A stretch of DNA of 64,000 nucleotides from Candidatus Hydrogenedentota bacterium (lineage in GTDB: Bacteria; Hydrogenedentota; Hydrogenedentia; Hydrogenedentales; CAILVY01), in NCBI GenBank assembly GCA_903837785.1, contig CAILVY010000392.1:1140-65139 (forward strand), in the 5' to 3' direction. Both the position numbers and the translations under genes were made by a program. The notes under the pieces are model-generated. The model was not told the origin of the DNA. It searched no databases and worked only from the letters and a program-made list of their open reading frames with translations. How positions within the stretch are numbered: the first letter of the stretch is position 1; each line of letters starts with the position of its first letter. Shown here one piece after another: positions 1 to 8,283 of the stretch.

Positions 1-1344
1 GCGCTTCAACCCCTCATCGGCACCGCGCCCCGCAAGGCGGGCGGCGGCGGGCCGGCGGGCGGCGGCGCGGCCGCGGCGGGTCAGGCCTCCGAAGTCCAGC
101 CCTTCGAACAGAAGGTGCAGATAGCCCGCTACGATCAGACGAACTCCCTGCTCGTCGTGGCCTCGCCCCAGGACTACAAAGTACTGGAATCCTTCATCGC
201 CCGGCTCGACGTGCCGCAGCGCCAGGTGGCCGTCGAGGCGGTCATCATGAAGGTGAACATGAACAACGATTTCAACCTGACGGTGAATTCGGCGGCCATT
301 GGCGGCAACGACGGGTTCGGCATGTTCAACACGGCGACCCTGAATCAGTTGGCGGCGAGCCAGTCCACGACCACGCCCTCGACCACGACGAAGTCGGCCT
401 ACGACGGCCTCCTGAACGTGGCGAAAGCCGCGAGCACTCTGACGAGCAGCAGCCCGCAGGCGGCCTTGTTCTCGAGCGTGCTCAACCTGGGCAGCGGCGG
501 CGGCGTGACAACGGGTGTGTATGACGACGTCACTATCCGCGATCCCAACACGGGCGCCAAGTACAAGATCCCGTTTGTCCCACTGCTCTTCCAGGCGATT
601 GAATCCGTCAGCGAGGCGGAGGTGCTCTCGCAGCCGAGCCTGGTGACCGTGGACAACGAGGAAGCCTCGATCGTCGACGGCAATGAAGTGCCGTTCATCA
701 CGAGCCAGAGCCGCGGCGCCACGGGCACCACGCAGAATGCCGCAACGAACCCGTACTACGGCTACACGCGGGTCGAGCGCCAGGAAGTCGGCATCAAGCT
801 CAAGGTCAAGCCGCAGATCAGCGAAGGCGAAAACGTCCTGCTCGAGCTCGAGATCGAGGACTCTTCGCTGGTCAAGAATCCGCTGGCGGCGGGCAGCGTG
901 GATCCCAATATTGCCGGTCCCACGACGGACAAGTCGCTCGTGAAGAATAAAATCGTCGTCAAGGACGGTTCCACTGTTGTGATAGCCGGACTTATCAAGG
1001 ACTCTAAGAACCGCACCCGCAGTCAACCCCCTATCCTGGGCGACATTCCGCTGGTCGGGTGGATTTTCGGGACGCGGAGCAACACATTCAACAAGAAAAA
1101 TCTGGTCGTGCTGGTTACGCCCCACATCGTGAAGGAAGGGACGGACCTGGATCGCATCAGCCGCTACAAGCTGGGCGAGTACCACGATCCCAACATCGAC
1201 CGGCTCTTTGACGAAGGCTTTTTCAAGAAGATCAAGATTAAACGGCAACTGCGAAAACAGCGTCATCCGACCTTTGATCGCGTCGATGCGATCACTCAGG
1301 AGGGCACGGAACCCGCGTTCAGCAAAGGCGAAATCAAGAGGTAG
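1..1344 (+). CDS. gspD: Secretin (GspD/PilQ family), 5' end cut by window edge
   Basis: Frame 1 is open from base 1, with no stop before the ORF-track start at 115. Secretin core motifs: LSQPSLVTVDNEEASIVDGNEVPF, VVIAGLIKD, PILGDIPLVGWIFG, LVVLVTPHIV. It heads a gspE-M array. Confidence 0.9.
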   Translation, partial: ALQPLIGTAPRKAGGGGPAGGGAAAAGQASEVQPFEQKVQIARYDQTNSLLVVASPQDYKVLESFIARLDVPQRQVAVEAVIMKVNMNNDFNLTVNSAAIGGNDGFGMFNTATLNQLAASQSTTTPSTTTKSAYDGLLNVAKAASTLTSSSPQAALFSSVLNLGSGGGVTTGVYDDVTIRDPNTGAKYKIPFVPLLFQAIESVSEAEVLSQPSLVTVDNEEASIVDGNEVPFITSQSRGATGTTQNAATNPYYGYTRVERQEVGIKLKVKPQISEGENVLLELEIEDSSLVKNPLAAGSVDPNIAGPTTDKSLVKNKIVVKDGSTVVIAGLIKDSKNRTRSQPPILGDIPLVGWIFGTRSNTFNKKNLVVLVTPHIVKEGTDLDRISRYKLGEYHDPNIDRLFDEGFFKKIKIKRQLRKQRHPTFDRVDAITQEGTEPAFSKGEIKR

Positions 1345-1346
1345 GC

Positions 1347-3086
1347 ATGCGGGACGCCCAGGACCGGCAACTCTGCGAGATTCTTCTCCTCAAGGGATAC
1401 ATCCATCCCGAGCAGGTGTCCGAAGCGCTGGAATTGCAGAAACTCCGCCCCAAACGCGTGGGCGAGATTCTGCTGGATCTCGGCTATTGCGAAGAGGAGC
1501 ATGTCCTCGAGGCCCTGAGCGAGCAGTTCAGCATTCCCGTCGAGTTGAACCTGCGGGATCAGATTGACGCCGCCCTCACTACGAAGGTGCCCATCAACTT
1601 CATCCGCGAGTACTACATGGTGCCGTTCCGGCAGAACGGTTCCGCGTACTATGTCGCGATCAACGATCCCGTCAACCTGCTCCCGCTGGATGATCTTCGC
1701 CTGCTCCTGGGCGGTCCGGTGCAGCCGGTCTTGTGCCGCAAGTCGGACATACAGCGCATCCTCGACACGTACTTCGAGCAGCAGGGCGAGAACGCGGCGG
1801 AGATGATCGACAGCATCACGATGGCGGAGGGCGACGAAGAAGACGGCGTGGTGCATACGCTCGACGGCGCGGAATCCGAGCGTGATCTGCTGGACCTTGC
1901 CAACGAAGCCCCAATCATCAAGCTGATCAACCTCGTCATCACCGGCGCGGTGAAGGAGCGCACGTCGGATATTCACATCGAGCCGTTCGAGCGCGATGTG
2001 CGCATCCGGTACCGGGTGGACGGCATCCTCTACGAGAAGTTCGTCGTGCCCAAGTCGCAACAGGCGGCGGTCATTTCGCGCGTGAAGATCATGGCGAACC
2101 TGAACATCGCCGAACACCGCCTGCCGCAGGACGGCCGCATCAAGATCCGGCTCAGCGGCAAAGAAATCGACATCCGCGTCTCCATCATCCCGGTCGCCCA
2201 CGGCGAGCGCGTGGTCATGCGTATTCTCGAGAAGGGCAACTTCCTGTTCAGCCTCGAACAGCTCGGCATGGACGAGCACGATCACAAGTTGATGGACCGG
2301 CTCATCGCGACGTCCCACGGCATCATTCTGGTGACCGGCCCGACCGGTTCCGGCAAATCCACCACGCTCTACGCCGCCCTTCAGAAGGTGAATTCGCCCG
2401 ACAAGAACATCATCACGGTCGAGGATCCGATTGAATACCTCATCCCGGGCATCGGCCAGATGCAGGTCCGGCCGAAGGTCGGCCTCAGTTTCGCATCGGG
2501 ACTGCGGAGCATCGTGCGCCAGGACCCGGACGTCATCCTCGTCGGCGAAATCCGCGACCACGAAACCGCCGAGATGGCGGTGCAGGCTTCGCTCACCGGC
2601 CACCTGGTTTTCGCCACGCTGCACACGAACGACAGCGCGGGCGCCATCACGCGCCTCATCAACATGGGCATCGAGCCGTTCCTGGTCACCTCCTCGACCA
2701 TCGCTATCCAGGCGCAGCGCCTGGTGCGCCGGATCTGCGACAGCTGCAAGGTGGAGTATGTGCCCGAGTTGAAGAATCTCAAGGAAATCACCCTCCGCGA
2801 CGCGGACAAGATTCGTGTGCTCTGGCGCGGCACGGGCTGCGACAAGTGCGCGAACCGCGGGTACTACGGGCGCACCGGCATCTTCGAACTGCTGGTGATG
2901 AACCCCACGATCCAGGACATGGTGCTGCGCAATGTCGACTCGAACATCATCAAGCGCGAAGCGCGGAAGTTCGGCATGCGCACCCTGCGCGAGGACGGCG
3001 CCCAGAAGATGCTCCGCGGGTATACGACGCTGGAAGAGGTGTTGCGTGTGACCCGCGAAGATATGGAAGAAGATGTGATCGAGTAA
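1347..3086 (+). CDS. gspE: Type II secretion / type IV pilus assembly ATPase (GspE/PilB family)
   Basis: Walker [11 protein letters not shown], Asp box [12 protein letters not shown], His box TGHLVFATLHTN, tetra-Cys CDSC...CDKC. The N-terminus has two MshEN-like motifs (RQLCEILLLKGYIHPEQVSEALELQ and KRVGEILLDLGYCEEEHVLEALSEQ). The ATG lies 2 nt after the gspD stop. Confidence 0.93.
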   Translation: MRDAQDRQLCEILLLKGYIHPEQVSEALELQKLRPKRVGEILLDLGYCEEEHVLEALSEQFSIPVELNLRDQIDAALTTKVPINFIREYYMVPFRQNGSAYYVAINDPVNLLPLDDLRLLLGGPVQPVLCRKSDIQRILDTYFEQQGENAAEMIDSITMAEGDEEDGVVHTLDGAESERDLLDLANEAPIIKLINLVITGAVKERTSDIHIEPFERDVRIRYRVDGILYEKFVVPKSQQAAVISRVKIMANLNIAEHRLPQDGRIKIRLSGKEIDIRVSIIPVAHGERVVMRILEKGNFLFSLEQLGMDEHDHKLMDRLIATSHGIILVTGPTGSGKSTTLYAALQKVNSPDKNIITVEDPIEYLIPGIGQMQVRPKVGLSFASGLRSIVRQDPDVILVGEIRDHETAEMAVQASLTGHLVFATLHTNDSAGAITRLINMGIEPFLVTSSTIAIQAQRLVRRICDSCKVEYVPELKNLKEITLRDADKIRVLWRGTGCDKCANRGYYGRTGIFELLVMNPTIQDMVLRNVDSNIIKREARKFGMRTLREDGAQKMLRGYTTLEEVLRVTREDMEEDVIE

Positions 3087-3254
3087 GAGGCAGCCAGGAG
3101 CCGGCAGTCAGGAGCGGGCATTCCGAAGTGCCTGGAAGCATTGTTTCTGGCTCACGCGGACCTGCTGCGCACGCTTCGGTAATACACGCGGATCGGTTTC
3201 GCGGAGGCGCAGCCCGGACGCTGGATGCCGGGTTTCCCAACTTCAGAGAAGCTC

Positions 3255-4499
3255 ATGGCGGTTTACGAATACAAAGCGCTTATCAAGTCCACCGGAAAGA
3301 CGACTAAAGGGGTCATCGACGCGGACAACCCCACGCAGGCCCGCCGGAAACTGCGCGAGCTGGAGTTGTACCCCACCACGCTCTCCGAGAGCCGTGACGC
3401 TGGCTACAGCGCGGTCACGCAGGGAAAGGCCGCCAAACGCCGCGGCGGCATCCGGGGACGCATCTCGGTGCGCGATGTCGCCCTGCTGACCCGCCAGTTC
3501 GGCGTGCTGCTGCACGCGGGCATGCCGCTGGTCGAGTCGCTGGGCGCCCTTCTGGAACAGACGAGCAAGCCCCGGCTTCAGGCCGCCATCTACGAGATCC
3601 GCGACAAGGTCAACAGCGGCGCCAACCTGGCCGACGCCATGGGCGAGCATCCCCGCATCTTCACGCCGCTCTATGTCAACATGGTGCGCGCGGGAGAGGT
3701 GAGCGGCGCCCTGGAAGGCGTGCTGCTCCGCCTGGCCGAAATCCTTGAACGACAGGCCAAGCTCAAGGCGCAGATGATATCGACCCTGGCCTACCCCGCC
3801 TTCATGAGCTGCTTTGCCCTGGGCGTCATTGTCTTCCTCATGATGGTGATCATGCCGCGCATCATCAAGATCTTCGAGAAGCAGCACGCCAAACTGCCCT
3901 TCATTACGGAGATGATGATTAGCCTGAGCACCTTTGTCGGGCGCTACTGGATTCTTATCGTCTTTGCCATCTTTGGCCTCTATGCCCTCTGGCGCTTCTG
4001 GGTCTCCCGGGAAGAGGGGCGCCGCCGCTGGGACCGCATGAAACTGCGCTTTCCGATATACGGCGGCCTGCATCTCAAACTCGTGTGCGCGCGGTTCTCG
4101 CGCACGCTGGGCACGATGCTCCAGAGCGGATTGACGATGCTGCCGGCCCTTGAAGTGGTGAATACGATCCTGGACAACCGCCATATCCAATCGCACATGG
4201 ACGACGTGAAGGCGGGGGTACGGCGCGGGCGCGACCTGGCCGTGCCGCTCAAAGAGACGGGCCTCTTTCCGCCCATGCTGATCCACATGATTGAGCTGGG
4301 CCAGCGCAGTGGCGAGATCGAGGACATGCTCATCCGGGTTGCCGACACGTATGATGATGATGTCCGCGTCACCCTGGATGCCATCGTTGCGCTCGTCGAG
4401 CCCGTTATTATTATCGTGATGGGTATTTTCGTGGGATTGCTCGTCTTGGCGATCCTGCTGCCGATCCTGACCATGAGCACGAACATACGAGGACACTGA
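3255..4499 (+). CDS. gspF: Inner-membrane platform protein (GspF/PilC family)
   Basis: Family-typical N-terminus MAVYEYKALIKSTGKTTKG, duplicated T2SF-type cytoplasmic domains and three TM segments. I chose ATG 3255 over the ORF-track start 3225 because it gives the canonical N-terminus. Confidence 0.9.
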   Translation: MAVYEYKALIKSTGKTTKGVIDADNPTQARRKLRELELYPTTLSESRDAGYSAVTQGKAAKRRGGIRGRISVRDVALLTRQFGVLLHAGMPLVESLGALLEQTSKPRLQAAIYEIRDKVNSGANLADAMGEHPRIFTPLYVNMVRAGEVSGALEGVLLRLAEILERQAKLKAQMISTLAYPAFMSCFALGVIVFLMMVIMPRIIKIFEKQHAKLPFITEMMISLSTFVGRYWILIVFAIFGLYALWRFWVSREEGRRRWDRMKLRFPIYGGLHLKLVCARFSRTLGTMLQSGLTMLPALEVVNTILDNRHIQSHMDDVKAGVRRGRDLAVPLKETGLFPPMLIHMIELGQRSGEIEDMLIRVADTYDDDVRVTLDAIVALVEPVIIIVMGIFVGLLVLAILLPILTMSTNIRGH

Positions 4500-4501
4500 G
4501 G

Positions 4502-4933
4502 ATGAGCACGCAAAAGAGAGAACGGCGCTACAGGGGAACGGCCGGCTTTACGCTGGTGGAACTGATGGTGGTGGTCTCGATCATCGCCATTCTGGCCACG
4601 ACGGTCGGGGTGTACGTGCTGGGCGCGATGGATGCGGGCGATCAAGCCAAGGCGCAGTCCGAGATCCGGACGCTGATGACCGCGGTCGAGATGTACCGAA
4701 TGAAGTTCAAGCAGTATCCGGAGTCGCTGGAAGCGTTGGTGAACAACCCCAAGGGGGTGAAGTTCCTGGATCAGGAGAAGATTCCCCTGGATCCCTGGAA
4801 CAATCCCTATGTGTACACGCTGCAGGGCCCGCGCGAATACACGATTGCCTCTTACGGCGCGGACGGCCGTTCGGGCGGCTCGGGCTATGAAGCCGATATC
4901 ACGAGCACGAACCTGAGGGGCGACGAGAAGTAG
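4502..4933 (+). CDS. gspG: Major pseudopilin GspG (copy 1)
   Basis: Prepilin signal ...GTAG/FTLVELMVVVSIIAILA with Glu5. GspG-type globular domain (IPLDPWNNPYVY, SYGADGRSGG). ATG lies 2 nt after the gspF stop. Confidence 0.9.
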   Translation: MSTQKRERRYRGTAGFTLVELMVVVSIIAILATTVGVYVLGAMDAGDQAKAQSEIRTLMTAVEMYRMKFKQYPESLEALVNNPKGVKFLDQEKIPLDPWNNPYVYTLQGPREYTIASYGADGRSGGSGYEADITSTNLRGDEK

Positions 4934-5003
4934 GGTGCGCCTCGCGCATGAAACGCCTTGCGTGTGGAACGTTGCAGCGAGCGTAAAGGCGCGCGTGAAG
5001 AAG

Positions 5004-5396
5004 ATGGCGCAGGTGCTGACATGCGTTTTGCTGATTGTCCTCACAATGCTTGTGTTGTGGGGAAGAACGAAGGTTGTTCCGCCTGAGGCGCTGTTGCGGG
5101 GGCCGCGGGTGAAAGCAACGGAGGAGATACGGACGCTGATGACCGCGGTCGAGATGTACCGCATGACATTCGGACAGAATCCAGAATCGTTGGAAGCCCT
5201 GATGAACAATCCCAAGGGAGTGCGGTTCCTGGCTCAGGAGACGATTCCCCTGGATCCCTGGAACAATTCCTATGTGTATACACTGCAAGGCCCGAACGAG
5301 CGCGCGATTGTCTCTTACGGCGCGGATGGCCGTTCGGGCGGCTCAGGCAATGAAGCCGACATCAATAGCGCAAACTTGAAAGTTGACAAGCGATAG
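5004..5396 (+). CDS. GspG-like paralog lacking the prepilin G/FTLxE signal (degenerate duplicate or non-canonical anchor)
   Basis: The globular part is near-identical to copy 1 (EIRTLMTAVEMYRM..., IPLDPWNNSYVYTLQGP, SYGADGRSGGSG) and shares exact DNA runs of 25-32 nt. The N-terminus is an unrelated hydrophobic segment, MAQVLTCVLLIVLTMLVLWG. The frame is also open from GTG 4935. Confidence 0.5.
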   Translation: MAQVLTCVLLIVLTMLVLWGRTKVVPPEALLRGPRVKATEEIRTLMTAVEMYRMTFGQNPESLEALMNNPKGVRFLAQETIPLDPWNNSYVYTLQGPNERAIVSYGADGRSGGSGNEADINSANLKVDKR

Positions 5397-5516
5397 GGTG
5401 TGCCGCACGCCATTAGAGGCGCTTCGTCACCCGTACTCGGCATTTCTTCGTTCTAATGACACTGTGGTGTCTTCAGGACTGGAAAGCGCAATCACGCACC
5501 GAGGAGGGCAACGAGG

Positions 5517-5999
5517 ATGGGCACGCACTATGGGCCGCGACGGCCGCAGCAGGCGGCGGGTTTCACGCTGGTGGAATTGATGGTGGTGGTTTCCATCATC
5601 GCGATTCTGGCCACGACGGTTGGATTCTATGTGATGACTGTAGTGGACAAGGCAGACCAGACAAAGGTCCAGCATGAAATCCGGACGCTGATGGGCGCGC
5701 TCGAAATGTACCGCCTGGACTTCAAGCAGTACCCGGAGTCTTTGGAGGGTCTGGTCAACAATGCGAAGCGGGTCAGGTATCTGGACCAGGGAAAGATTCC
5801 CCTGGACTCCTGGAGGAAGCCCTACGTGTACAGCGTCCAGAGCAGCCGCGAATATACGCTTGTCTCCTATGGCGCCGACGGCAAACCGGGCGGCGAGGGG
5901 TACGACGCGGACATCAGCAGCATTAACCTGAAAGGCGACGAGAAACAAGGTGCGCCGGGCGCGCCAAACCAGGGAAATGAACACGCACGCACGACATAA
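5517..5999 (+). CDS. gspG: Major pseudopilin GspG (copy 3)
   Basis: QQAAG/FTLVELMVVVSIIAILATT, with the DNA of the helix nearly identical to copy 1. GGAGG lies 9 nt upstream of the ATG. The stop codon seen in copies 1 and 2 is CAA here, giving a 17-aa C-terminal extension that overlaps the next gene. Confidence 0.88.
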   Translation: MGTHYGPRRPQQAAGFTLVELMVVVSIIAILATTVGFYVMTVVDKADQTKVQHEIRTLMGALEMYRLDFKQYPESLEGLVNNAKRVRYLDQGKIPLDSWRKPYVYSVQSSREYTLVSYGADGKPGGEGYDADISSINLKGDEKQGAPGAPNQGNEHARTT

Positions 6000-6843
6000 C
6001 GCCCGGCTGGGCGGTTTTACGCTGCTGGAACTCACGGTCGTGATCTTCCTTATTGCGATCATGGCCGCGCTGGCATTTCCGCGCCTGGTTGACGTGATGT
6101 CCTTCAGCGAACTAGAAGGCGAGGCGCGTCACCTGGCGGCCTATGGCCGTGCGGCCGTGGCGGAAGCCTCGCTGTTCCGCGAAGACGTGGTCGTCCGCTT
6201 TGACCTGGACCGGCAGGAATACTGGTCGGTGAAGCTGGTCTACCCGGAACCGGAATCAGGCGAGGGGGAGGGCGAGCAGCCGCCGGATCAGATGGAGCTG
6301 CTCTCGAAGATGCGCGGGCAGAGCGGCATGTCGGGCGCGGACCTCAGCGGGATGCTCACGGCGGCCCGGATGAAAGCGGCCGCTTCGCCGGGCGGCAAGC
6401 TGGACGGGATGCCGGACGGATTTGATGACGAGGCCGCGAATACGCAGATGGGCGACAAGTTCGATCGTTTTGCCCGGCGGGTGCTCGAAGAGCGGGCGAA
6501 GAACGTCAAACAAGACCAGGGGTTGCTGGATGAAATCGGGCCGCTCTTTGACAAGCAGGACAAGTTTCATCTCTCGCTGGATGAAGAGGAGCCGGAAGAG
6601 GTTGAATTGGCCGATGCGACGCTTCAGCGGGTTCTGCTGACGGAGGGCGTCCGGATCGAGTCCGTGATTATTGACGGCGCCGCGTCGAACCGGGGCACGG
6701 TTGAGGTGCGCTTGTCGCCCTTGGGCCTGTCCTCGGAAATCGGGTTCTACGTCGTCAATGACGACGGCGATTACTATACAGTCGTGTGGGATCCGGTCAC
6801 CGGCGGCACGAATATCTACGACGGCAAACAGAATGTCGGCTAA
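5977..6843 (+). CDS. gspH: Minor pseudopilin, GspH-like, with ~120-aa acidic insertion
   Basis: MNTHARHNARLGG/FTLLELTVVIFLIAIMAALAFPRL. It occupies the position after gspG. The start was taken at ATG 5977 to give a short basic leader. Confidence 0.75.
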   Translation: MNTHARHNARLGGFTLLELTVVIFLIAIMAALAFPRLVDVMSFSELEGEARHLAAYGRAAVAEASLFREDVVVRFDLDRQEYWSVKLVYPEPESGEGEGEQPPDQMELLSKMRGQSGMSGADLSGMLTAARMKAAASPGGKLDGMPDGFDDEAANTQMGDKFDRFARRVLEERAKNVKQDQGLLDEIGPLFDKQDKFHLSLDEEEPEEVELADATLQRVLLTEGVRIESVIIDGAASNRGTVEVRLSPLGLSSEIGFYVVNDDGDYYTVVWDPVTGGTNIYDGKQNVG

Positions 6844-7366
6844 TCATGACATGCGAAGAGCGGGGTTCACCCTCATCGAGGTGATGGCGGCCCTAGCCAT
6901 CCTGGGCACGGCCTTGTTCGTGCTTCTGGATGCCCATTACGCGGCCTTGCGCATGAGCAGCCTGATGTCTGAAGAAATTAACATGCGCCAGTTCGTCGAG
7001 AGCGTGGCGTCCTGGGCGGAGGTGGAAGTCGCCGCGGGCAACCTCTCCGGGGCCGGGGACTTCGGGAAGCGCAACCCGGACTATAGCTGGGAATTCACTG
7101 CCACGCCCGAGGGCGACTCCGAGGACGTGCTGCTCTATTCCGTGGAGGCGAAAGTGTCGGGCGCCGGCGAGGAGCGCGTGCTCAAATTCTATGTCTATGC
7201 CACCGGTTCGCTGGAGGACACGGACAAGCAGGGCATGGGCGACAAGAGCAAGAAATCGAGCACGAGCAGCAGCCGTAACAAGAGCGGCAGCCAGCCCAGG
7301 CCACGCGGTGGCCAAGGCCGGGGCCGAGGCGACCTGTTTGACGACGGATTCAGCGGAGCGACATGA
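6833..7366 (+). CDS. gspI: Minor pseudopilin, GspI-like
   Basis: MSANHDMRRAG/FTLIEVMAALAILGTALFVLL with a small globular domain and a basic S/G/R-rich tail. An alternative start is ATG 6851. Confidence 0.75.
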   Translation: MSANHDMRRAGFTLIEVMAALAILGTALFVLLDAHYAALRMSSLMSEEINMRQFVESVASWAEVEVAAGNLSGAGDFGKRNPDYSWEFTATPEGDSEDVLLYSVEAKVSGAGEERVLKFYVYATGSLEDTDKQGMGDKSKKSSTSSSRNKSGSQPRPRGGQGRGRGDLFDDGFSGAT

Positions 7367-8283
7367 GGTTCAGGGCTTGGACATATCGGCGCCGCGGCGG
7401 TTTCACGATCGTGGAGCTGCTGGTCGCGATCTCCGTGCTCAGCGTCGTAGTGGCCATCGTCTATGAGAGCTTCACCTCGGTGATCGATTCGACTGAACTG
7501 GCCCGCGATCAGGCGGAGCAACTGCGGTTCCGGCAATTCCTGTGGCGGCATCTCACCGAGACCCTCGCCTCGGTCTACTCCGATCCTGCGTGCATGTCCA
7601 CCGAGTATCAGTTTCTCGGCGCGGATGAGGACGGGGCGTACGGGCCGGCGGATACGTTGCGGTTCTGCACGTCCATGCCGATGTCCGGACCGCAGGCCCT
7701 GCCGGGGATACTCAAGGTCATTTCGTATGAGGTGACGTCGGACTACAGCGAGGACGAGGGCGCCACGATCGGGAAGGCGGCCATAGATCAGACGGCGGAG
7801 GATGCGGAGGAGCGGCCGCTGATGCTCGTGATCCGCGAGGAACCGCTGGTGCTCGAGAGCGCGGAGAACGATGCCGAGCCGGAAGAGGTGGACCTGCCGG
7901 TGAGCGTCCGCAAGGTGCCGGTGGCGAGCATGGACCTGCAGTTTTACGATGGCGACACAGACGAGTGGCGCACCGAATGGGACTCCGTGGCCGAAGGCCG
8001 GCTGCCGTGGGCGGTGCAGGTGCGCATCAATTTCCAGCACAGCGAAGAGGAACTGCAGGCGAACTACCAGATGGGGATCAACCCGCAGGACGAGCCTGAC
8101 CTGAATCTCACGATTCCCCTGCCGTCCGGAGTGGGCGTGAAGGATCAGTTCATGGACATGAACCACAAGCGGAACACGGGCGAGGAGGATGTCAGCAAGG
8201 GCGACCTCTTCGGCAAGGGCGTGGACACGCGAAAGACCAAGGGGGACAAGAGCCCCCGGCAGACGCGCGGCGGCGAGGAATGA
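7363..8283 (+). CDS. gspJ: Minor pseudopilin, GspJ-like
   Basis: RRRGG/FTIVELLVAISVLSVVVAIVYESF. ATGA overlap with the preceding gene. The size and position match GspJ. Confidence 0.75.
   Translation: MRFRAWTYRRRGGFTIVELLVAISVLSVVVAIVYESFTSVIDSTELARDQAEQLRFRQFLWRHLTETLASVYSDPACMSTEYQFLGADEDGAYGPADTLRFCTSMPMSGPQALPGILKVISYEVTSDYSEDEGATIGKAAIDQTAEDAEERPLMLVIREEPLVLESAENDAEPEEVDLPVSVRKVPVASMDLQFYDGDTDEWRTEWDSVAEGRLPWAVQVRINFQHSEEELQANYQMGINPQDEPDLNLTIPLPSGVGVKDQFMDMNHKRNTGEEDVSKGDLFGKGVDTRKTKGDKSPRQTRGGEE

Noticed and set aside
7319-7336. RGD tripeptide (GRGRGDLF) in the GspI-like tail, considered as an integrin-binding adhesion motif.
   Set aside because: It lies inside an R/G-rich low-complexity run where RGD arises easily by chance. 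There is no host-association context. The LF part is the recurrent feature.
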